Sequence record: DRR723986_4045
Strand: one strand, 5' to 3'
Length of the DNA stretch: 46,289 bases
Below are positions 8,876 to 17,200 of the stretch, one piece after another. Numbering within the stretch: the stretch's first letter is position 1; every line of letters starts with the position of its first letter. The position numbers were made by a program, and so were the translations under genes. A model generated the notes under the pieces. That model ran no database searches. It saw only the letters and a list, made by a program, of their open reading frames with translations, and was not told the DNA's origin.

Positions 8876-9640
8876 GTGGAAATTGTTGCAATTCAATTAG
8901 ACATGGCCTGGCAAGACTCCCACGCGAATTACGCCCGCGTCGAACAGCTTGCGCAGGATGCAAACATTCAGCCGGGTAGCCTAGTTGTCCTGCCAGAGAT
9001 GTTTGCCACAGGTTTCTCTATGGATGTCACCAAGACAAGTCAATCCGAGCAGCGCGAGAGTGAAGCTTTGCTGAAGACGTTGGCGGCCAAGTACGACGCA
9101 GCATTTCTTGGCGGAGTGGTTGACATCCAAACTGAAAACAAGAGTCGCAATCAGGCGGTTGCATTCGCGCCCGACGGTACAGAACTTGTCCGCTACACGA
9201 AACAACAACCATTTAGCTTAAGCGGTGAAGGCGATCATTACCCAGCGGGCTGTGAATTCCAGTTGTTTCAGTGGCAGGGCGTGCAGGTCAGTCCGCTTAT
9301 CTGCTACGACCTCAGATTCCCTGAGTTGTTTCGCCCGCCAACGGCTGCCGGAGCGGAACTTTTCGTAGTCATTGCGTGCTGGCCGAAAGCAAGAAGCGAG
9401 CATTGGGTCCGCTTGTTGCAGGCACGTGCGATTGAGAATCTAGCGGCGGTCGTCGGTGTAAACCGGTGTGGTAGCGAGCCTGGTTTAGAATTCGATGGCC
9501 GCAGTACCGCGTTTGATTACATGGGCAATCAAGTGTTCGAAGCAGATGCCGCTGAACAAGTACAGCATGCGCGATTTGACGTTGAGGCGCTGCGGAAGTG
9601 GCGGAGCAAGTTTCCCGCACTCCGCGACATGAAGATCTAG
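8876..9640 (+). CDS. Carbon-nitrogen hydrolase, omega-amidase (YafV/MtnU/Nit2)-like
   Basis: Glu-Lys-Cys triad: LPEMF, YTKQQPF, ICYDLRFPE. Also WP..R.EHW..LL.ARAIEN and GVNRCG. GTG start. Confidence 0.9.
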   Translation: MEIVAIQLDMAWQDSHANYARVEQLAQDANIQPGSLVVLPEMFATGFSMDVTKTSQSEQRESEALLKTLAAKYDAAFLGGVVDIQTENKSRNQAVAFAPDGTELVRYTKQQPFSLSGEGDHYPAGCEFQLFQWQGVQVSPLICYDLRFPELFRPPTAAGAELFVVIACWPKARSEHWVRLLQARAIENLAAVVGVNRCGSEPGLEFDGRSTAFDYMGNQVFEADAAEQVQHARFDVEALRKWRSKFPALRDMKI

Positions 9641-9662
9641 CGTCAACTGCCAACGCTCGTTT

Positions 9663-10457
9663 TCACTTCGTACCGGCTGGCTGTGACATCATTGCCTTGT
9701 AGTAGGCTTGAATCTTCGCTCGATAGGATGGCAGGAACCGATCGACCATCCGCGCCTCAATTCTTTGGCGTAGCTGTGGTGGCAGATTGCCCCAAGCTCC
9801 GGTTTGGAGTTGGCGGTCGGACAAGTTTGCTGGCTGCTCCGGCGCGGCTGAGTCGGCAGGCTGCTGGCCGTCTGGCCCCGCGGTCTGGTTGTTGCGTTCG
9901 CCCTCCGTCGAGCCGTCGTCCGCTTCGGCATCTTCGCCCTTCATGCTCTTGTCCGCCGAGCGCTGTTGATTTGAGGCCGATTGCTGTTCGCCCTGCTGTT
10001 GCTCAGCCTTTGATTGATCGCTGGCATCCCCCTTTTCCTGTTGAGACTGCCGATTGTTCGTTGCGCTCGAACGCAACTGTTCGATCAACGCATCGAGCCG
10101 TCGCACAAGCTGAGTGCGTTCCTTATTGGTTGACGCCTCCGGTTTCGATCGGACCTGTTTCGCGATTTCCTGCATTCCATGTTTGATGCTGAGCAGTTCA
10201 CCTGGGATGTTGATCGCGTCGTTGTTGCTGCTGGCAGCGGAATTTGAGTTCTGTTTTGAGGCTACTTCGGGGGAATCCAACAGGCCCAGCAAGCCGTCGA
10301 GCAATTCGTCTTCTTGGTTGGCGGAAGGCACGTCGCTGGCACTGGAGGTCGAACCGCCGGGAGGATCCCTCTTCGGCAGGTTCTCTTGGGCTCGCCCATC
10401 AGCGGCCAGTAAAGCGGCAACTAGAATTGCGGTCGCTTGCACCTGAAGATGTCTCAC
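9663..10457 (-). CDS. Secreted planctomycete-type hypothetical protein with C-terminal WGxLP...F.P.Y...I..YY motif
   Basis: Signal peptide (…LLAADGRA-QE), helical middle, Q/S-rich linker, WGNLPPQLRQ…RFLPSYRAKIQAYYKAM. Its GTG start overlaps the upstream TGA (GTGA). Confidence 0.75.
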   Translation of the reverse strand: MRHLQVQATAILVAALLAADGRAQENLPKRDPPGGSTSSASDVPSANQEDELLDGLLGLLDSPEVASKQNSNSAASSNNDAINIPGELLSIKHGMQEIAKQVRSKPEASTNKERTQLVRRLDALIEQLRSSATNNRQSQQEKGDASDQSKAEQQQGEQQSASNQQRSADKSMKGEDAEADDGSTEGERNNQTAGPDGQQPADSAAPEQPANLSDRQLQTGAWGNLPPQLRQRIEARMVDRFLPSYRAKIQAYYKAMMSQPAGTK

Positions 10458-13400
10458 TGGTTCTCTCCCATGCCTTCCAGGATCTCGCCAACCAGTTCTG
10501 CTAGCTCTTCCTGGTTTTGTGCGATGCGACGTTCTGATTCGCGGAGTTGCGATTCCGGGATTTCGCTTCGAGTGGCTTCTAACTGCAAAGACTGTTCGTT
10601 CAAATCGGCCTGAAGTTCGCGGATTAGCAGCAGGTCGATGAGTGAGAATCCGCCCTCGTCGGACTGTTCCGACTGTTGACTGTCAGGGTCGCTAGCCTGC
10701 TCGGCGGTGTTCTCATCCGATTCACCACTGCTTTGAGCGGCAGCAAGTGCACTCATGGCCGCTTGCAGTTGACGCTGGGCTTCGTTGCATGTGCGTAGCG
10801 TGTCGGTAATTCGATCACGTTTGATCAAGGCCACGCTGCGATCGATTGAGCTGGCACAGTTCTGAAGCATCCAATTGAGCGCTGGCAAGCGGCTTGTTTG
10901 CTCCTGAAGACTCACGAGCGAATCCGAAAGGTTCTGCTGTGTGAGGCACCACTGCGACTCCCATTCAAAATCAAGCCTTGCCCGCTTCGGAGGATCATCT
11001 TGTTGAGGCTCTTCTGTCTGATCCGAGATGGACGTCTCCTGCTGGCGCAGATCTAAAATCTGCTGCCCGAGTCGCAAAGCGATCACCTCGATGGATCGCA
11101 GAGTGCTTGCCAAACCATCTTGCTGCTGTTGATTGCGATCGCCCAATCGGTTTGCGAGCAGTGATGCATCCGAAAGTAACCGCCAAGCCTGAGCTGTAGA
11201 ATCCTCTGTTAGATTCAACGCTTGGTCATTTGTAGCTGCATCGACAGCATTTTTCGCAGCCGACTCTTGGTGCACCACTGCATCTTGCATAAGCGACTGG
11301 ACCTCAGCTTGTTCGGCGGTCAGATGCTGGATGACTTGCCGCGTATCGGCTAGCAATTCAATTTGGTCGGACGCCACACCATTTGCGATGATACCGCGAA
11401 CCCCGGCATTCGAAGGCATACCTGCCTTGGAAATTTCGTCGACGAGGGCTCGCTGTCGCTGAGCCAGATTGGCAAGAGTGTCGGCCTGTTTGCTGAGCCG
11501 AGCGTTTTGATCGACCTGTCGCGAAAGTTCGCCACCAAGGTCTTCGATGGCCTTTGATAGGTCCTGGACGACTTGAGCTTGCTCGTTACGCGCTTCAGCG
11601 AATTGCTTTCGATTCAGAGCTGAAGAAGAACGTTGCATACTCGTTGCCGTCGGCCCTGAGTCCAAGATGCCTTGCGCTTTCGCGATGACGGTCCGTTCGT
11701 CCGTTTCATCGGTGACACCGGCAGTCGTTGCAGTCGTTTGTCGCATTCGATCAACGATCTTGGAAAGCTGGTCCGCCAGCTCGGCTTGCTCTTTCGCCAG
11801 TTGACTGATGGTTGCGTCGTCTTCCGGCGTCGGCTTCCGCTGCAACAATGCGAATTGGACTGCCTCGGCGGATGACGACAGTGCTTGCTGGCGCATTAGC
11901 GTTCGCGAAAGCTCGTCACGAAAGAGGGCCAACATTTCGCCTCGGGCTAGCGTATCGCGAAACCCCTGCAGTGCGTCGCTGGCTGCACCCTGTGAATCTA
12001 ACAACTGCTGCACCGCCTGATCCGCTGATGCATCGGCCTGCAAGTTGCCGGCAATCTGCTCTGCAGCCTGCGCACTGGCGTCGATCGCTGGCAAAGCGCT
12101 CTCTTCCAATTGCGTGATGGCTTGTTGAATTTGATTTCGCAGCCCATCAATGGGAGTTCCAGAATCTTCTGCCGACCTCAGCAATGAATCCAGCTCGGCA
12201 CGGATACTGTCTCCACGCTCTAGCCCAGTTGACGCTTTCAGCATTCCCGCGATATCCGTCTGCTCGCGTGCCAGTTCCTGCGCCAATGCGCCGGCCGCTT
12301 CGTCACTGCCCCCCTGTTCTAGCAAGCTTTCAATTCGCTTTGCAACGGAGGCTGCTGCCTTCTGCGACGCAACAATACGTTCGGCCTGCTTGAGCACTCG
12401 GCTGCGTCGCTGGGAAAGTTCAGCAGCAATCTCATCGGGCGTGGCTATCTTGATGTCGCCGACAATCCTATCCGTGCTCTGCCCAAGTGAATCGACGGCT
12501 CGCAGAAGAAGCGTGAACTCGGCCCCCGCCGATACTTGCAATTCTTTAACGTCGACTGTTTCATTGACTGCTCGAGTTAAGAGCGATTCTTCAGGTGAGT
12601 CTGCGGTCGCGAAGCTGCCCGCAAGTGTATTTTCATCTACACCAGGAGTATCCCAACGACGAAGTTCGCGTTCCGCCGCGGATTCATCTCGCGTTTCGTC
12701 GTCTGCGTCTCGGTTTTCGGCGGCTTCTGCAGCGGGAGATTCTTGAGGTGTCGATTCTCGCAGCAGCAAGGAAACGCTGTTGAGTCCCAGGTCGTCACGA
12801 ACGAGAGACTGCACGCGGATTCGTCCGGCTATACCGACAAACCTATCGGATTCGGTAGGTTCAATCTGCGGCGGTAGGTCCGGATAGCAAGCGATCTCGA
12901 CCGCATTTTCGAGTACTACATTCGCCCGTGCCGAAACGACATCGAGATGAAAACGCACCGAGTTGTTTAAAGCGACTGTGTCACTGCCTGCGAGGGGACT
13001 GCCACGATCGCTGCCCGCGCTGCTGCGTTTGCTGGACTGCCGAATCACAAAGTCACGACGATTCTTGGCGAGCGACAATTCCCACTGATCCACCGACTGC
13101 CCAGCAGCTTCACCGAGATATTGCGAATCACGCAGTTCAATGGCTTCAAACGGCTGACTGAGCGTTCCACGAATTGTTACCTGCGAGCCTGCTAGCGCCC
13201 GGAATCTCCGTCCATCCAGCGATTGACTTGGGAGTCGCGAGTACGACGGAGGCTCAATTGCAGCACTCGCATTCACCAACTCAGGTGCAGTCACAACGTC
13301 AACGTCTTGCCAGGGCATGCTCTGGTCGTCGCCGCCAGTAGCTCGGATGCTAAATGCCCTCCTGGCAGCAGGTAATCGCACTTGGACGGTATTTGTGTCG

Positions 13401-14170
13401 GCTTCGCCGATCGGTGCGGCGATAAACACAGAACTATCTGCTTCGCCTTCTTGACGGTATTCGACGGTTACTTCTCGTGGCAATGGTGGAACTAGATCTT
13501 CAATCTGAACTAGGAGCGATTCACCGACGGGCATCGCTTCAGGGAGATTGATAAAGCTCAGGCGGGTTTGTTGCGGCCAAGGTGAATTGCTTACCGGTGC
13601 AGTAACGCGCCAAAGACCGACACCAAATCCGCCGGGTGATATGGCGATTGCGCACAGTGTTGTCGCGAGCGTAAGAATCAGAAGAAATACCGAGATTCGA
13701 AGCGTCGTTGCGTCGATCATGCGGTCCCACTGCGGCGAGGCCTGCGAAGCAAACCACTGCCGGAGCACGTTTCCACGCAGTTCCTTGCTACCGAATCGAG
13801 GATCATCAGCCTCGGCAATCTCCGCAAGTTCCACGATTGTGCGAAGCGAAGCGTCGCTGGAATTTGGAGTTCGTACGCGAGCCGCTAGTTCCGTTCTGCT
13901 GATTCGAAGCCCACGACTATATGTCCACAGCCGCAGAGCAATGCAAACGACCCCAGCAATGACGGCCGCCGAAACGAGGTATCGGACCGCCGCGCTGTTC
14001 GTCTTCAGCAACGCATGGCCTGCAGCGGCGACAAAGAGTATCGCAAGGACGGCAGCGAGTGCTTTGGCAATCGCGGCGTAGAAAGCGATTTTCTGGGCGC
14101 GCGAGCAGGTGGCGTCAATTTCACCCAGGAGTTGCCGGCATTCATCTGTGGGAAAGCGATCAGTGCTCAT
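10454..14170 (-). CDS. Large membrane-anchored coiled-coil protein (DUF4175-like)
   Basis: 1238 aa. Three N-terminal TM segments, Ig-like beta region (ATGGDD, IEPPSYS, DLPPQI, VRDDLGL), then long Q/A/L-rich helical repeats. Confidence 0.75.
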   Translation of the reverse strand: MSTDRFPTDECRQLLGEIDATCSRAQKIAFYAAIAKALAAVLAILFVAAAGHALLKTNSAAVRYLVSAAVIAGVVCIALRLWTYSRGLRISRTELAARVRTPNSSDASLRTIVELAEIAEADDPRFGSKELRGNVLRQWFASQASPQWDRMIDATTLRISVFLLILTLATTLCAIAISPGGFGVGLWRVTAPVSNSPWPQQTRLSFINLPEAMPVGESLLVQIEDLVPPLPREVTVEYRQEGEADSSVFIAAPIGEADTNTVQVRLPAARRAFSIRATGGDDQSMPWQDVDVVTAPELVNASAAIEPPSYSRLPSQSLDGRRFRALAGSQVTIRGTLSQPFEAIELRDSQYLGEAAGQSVDQWELSLAKNRRDFVIRQSSKRSSAGSDRGSPLAGSDTVALNNSVRFHLDVVSARANVVLENAVEIACYPDLPPQIEPTESDRFVGIAGRIRVQSLVRDDLGLNSVSLLLRESTPQESPAAEAAENRDADDETRDESAAERELRRWDTPGVDENTLAGSFATADSPEESLLTRAVNETVDVKELQVSAGAEFTLLLRAVDSLGQSTDRIVGDIKIATPDEIAAELSQRRSRVLKQAERIVASQKAAASVAKRIESLLEQGGSDEAAGALAQELAREQTDIAGMLKASTGLERGDSIRAELDSLLRSAEDSGTPIDGLRNQIQQAITQLEESALPAIDASAQAAEQIAGNLQADASADQAVQQLLDSQGAASDALQGFRDTLARGEMLALFRDELSRTLMRQQALSSSAEAVQFALLQRKPTPEDDATISQLAKEQAELADQLSKIVDRMRQTTATTAGVTDETDERTVIAKAQGILDSGPTATSMQRSSSALNRKQFAEARNEQAQVVQDLSKAIEDLGGELSRQVDQNARLSKQADTLANLAQRQRALVDEISKAGMPSNAGVRGIIANGVASDQIELLADTRQVIQHLTAEQAEVQSLMQDAVVHQESAAKNAVDAATNDQALNLTEDSTAQAWRLLSDASLLANRLGDRNQQQQDGLASTLRSIEVIALRLGQQILDLRQQETSISDQTEEPQQDDPPKRARLDFEWESQWCLTQQNLSDSLVSLQEQTSRLPALNWMLQNCASSIDRSVALIKRDRITDTLRTCNEAQRQLQAAMSALAAAQSSGESDENTAEQASDPDSQQSEQSDEGGFSLIDLLLIRELQADLNEQSLQLEATRSEIPESQLRESERRIAQNQEELAELVGEILEGMGENQ

Positions 14171-14230
14171 CCTGGGTCTTCAACGCGGTGCCCTGCCGAC
14201 GGTTAGTTCAACAAACGATTGCTCGCCCGT

Positions 14231-17200
14231 TTAAGGGGCGTCTTCCGACACGGTTTCCAACGACAAATTCCGGAAACGAACCTCGGTCGGGCCGCCTGAG
14301 TGTAATTGTAGGGCGATTATCCCGGATTGGCGACCTTCGGCATCGTCCAAGTCGACACATAGCTGTCCATTGATCCAAGTCCGAAGGCGTGAGCCAACAG
14401 CCTCGATTTCATAGCGATTCCACTCGTCCAGTTTGACATGCTGTTCGCCACTCTTGTCCCACAGCAACCCGCGGCCATGCTCTTCGTACAGCTTGCCCCA
14501 CCAGCCGGCACCAACGTCTGCCTGGTAGCCCTCAACGGAATCACCGCGAGCGACACTTCGAAACTGAATGCCACTATTGCCTACGTTGTTCACTAAGCGA
14601 ACGTCAAGTGACAATCGGAAATCGCGAACTTCGAAGTCGCTCACCAGAAATGCGTTCTTCTTCAGCCCATCTGACTTTCCAACTATCTGCCCACCATCGA
14701 CCGACCACAATTGCGTGTCGCCCGACCAGCCGTCCAGGTTCTTCGAATTGAAGAATTCACCCTTGTTGGTGCTTGTCAACAACCGAGGTGTTTGCGACTT
14801 GCCTCGAAGATAGCCAATCAGGTCTCGGACCTGTATCGGAGTGAGTTGTTGCAACTGATTGTTGGGCATCAATGACAGCTCGCTCTCACGCCGCTCTTCG
14901 ATCTCCTCCTTCGGCACGACCACTAGGCCGTCGGTAGTTTGCACGCTTACCGCATTGTCCGTTTCGGATTGGAGAATCCCAGTGACAACACGGCCCGAAT
15001 CGGTCAAAAATACGCTCTGACGATACTCTTTGGCCATCACACTGCTTGGAGCGACAATGTTCTCCAGCAGGTATTCTAAATTTCCACGGTTCGATCCCGT
15101 CAGGTCGGGGCCAATCCGCTCACCGACGCCATACAGCTGGTGGCAACGCTGGCAGGTGTCCGCAAACAGGCTGCGTCCGTTGGCAAGATCTGGGGCCGGC
15201 ATGTCCTTGCGGAGAACGGTTTTCTTGAGTGCAGCCATTTGTGCTGCCTGATCTTCGGTGCTTTCGGATACGCTCCCCCAGTGCTTCGTCAGCAAGCTGT
15301 TGACTTCTTCATCTTCCAAATAGCTAAGTTGCCGCGCGAAATCAGCCGACAGGTCCGATGCGGGGACTTCGCCGCGGGAGATCGCGCCGAGCAGTGCTTT
15401 TGCATAGCTCGTTCGCGAACAAAGTGTTGCAATGACAGAACGCCGCACCGCAGGCGACCAATCCGAATAGCGACTTAGTAATAGTCTTGCGACGCTTGGA
15501 GAATCGAACTGGGAACAAGCCCGAACGGCCTTGCCGACAAGCTCCGTTTCAGAGCTCGTCGCAATGATCGCTTGCGAGATTGCCAAGAGTTCTTGGTCTT
15601 CGACGGCCGCAAGGGCTTCAAATGCGTCGATGCGGAGCGGCAGGGGATCCCCCTCGGACTCAACCATTTTTCGCAGAAGCGTTAGCGATTCCTCATCACC
15701 AAAGACGGCTCCGATGCACGCTGCCGAAATTGCCAGCTCTTGGTTACCGCCCCGAAGAGCGACAATTGCAGGCTTCCACCCGCTCGGGGCCTGTGCTTGT
15801 CGCTTTCCAACCAGCGACGACTTTATTGCGGCCAACACGGCAGCTCGTTGCCGATCGCTGTTCGCTTTGGTTAGGGCACCAACGAGGCGGTCCAGCGATT
15901 CGCCGGAACCTGAACCAGCCACCCGCCGCAACATGTATTCACTCAGCATAGGGATGTTTCCTCCCGCCGCTATTCCCAGAGCCAAAGCTCGATCGGCGTC
16001 GACATCCGCAAGTGGTTCCATCGCATACCAATAAAGCAGTGGAAGATTGTGGTCCGATGCATCTTCACGGTGCGAAGTTAACCCACTGAGCAATTCCCAG
16101 CGGTCGGCGTGCGGCAGGCGATTGACTGCGGACGCAAGTTCGCGTCGCACAACCTGAGAGCTGTCACTCAAAGACAGCTTTACGAAGGATTGCACTAGTG
16201 TTTGCTGTGGCTGGTATTTTGCTTGCTGGTTTAGCAAGCGGATCGCCCAACCTCGAACGTGTTCGTCGGAATCCGCCAGTAGCTCTGTTGAACGTGCTGA
16301 AAAATCACTGCCAATTGCATGCAGCGCCCAAAGCGCTTGGAGCCGATGCTGAGTGACCTTGCTGCCAGCAAATACGTTCCACAGATTCTTTGTAACGCCT
16401 GGGTCGAGTGTTTCCAATGCATGACGTTCCTGCAGTTGCCTTCGTGAGTGACGAACAAACCACTGATTCGGATGTGTCACCATCGCCACCAGTTCTGCAT
16501 CAGACACCGTGTTCAAGTCGACTTTCACCGGAGACACATCGCCATGGGAGATGCGATAGATGCGGCCGTTGCTTCGGTCATGAACTTCAGCTTCGCGGCG
16601 GTGGCAAGCTTGCATGTCGTACCAGTCGATCATGATCACCTGCCCGTCAGGGCCGTATCGCATGTTGAGGATCTGTGACGCCTGATCTCCTGTCAACAAA
16701 AAGTCAGGCTGATGCGAGCCGATATAGCCCGCGCCATCTGGATGCAGCGAATCAACGTTCAAACGTTGGCCATGGATATTGTTCATGAACAGTTGGCCTG
16801 TGTACTTCTCTGGCCATGCACCTCCCTGGTAGATCATGGCTCCGGCGTGTGCGTGCCCTCCACCTGCCTCATCAGATTTGCCGTTGCCGCTGTGCGGAGT
16901 TGATCCGAGGTAGTGCAGATGGTCTGCGATGGTTTTGATATCGTTGTAGGTATTGGGATTAAAATGCTGGCCAGCCTGTCGCTGATACCTTCCACCGGGA
17001 ATCATATGGTAAAGATGCGGTATGACGCAGGCCGTGATAAACGCATCTCCGTGTTCGTTGAAGTCGACACCCCAAGGGTTACTTGTTCCTTCAGCGAAGA
17101 CTTCGAAAGTGTGCTTGGTGGGATGGTATCGCCAAACACCCGCGTTGATCGGAGTTCGTTGGGCGTCCGGTGTTCCGGGCGGTCCTACTTTGGAGTGGGT

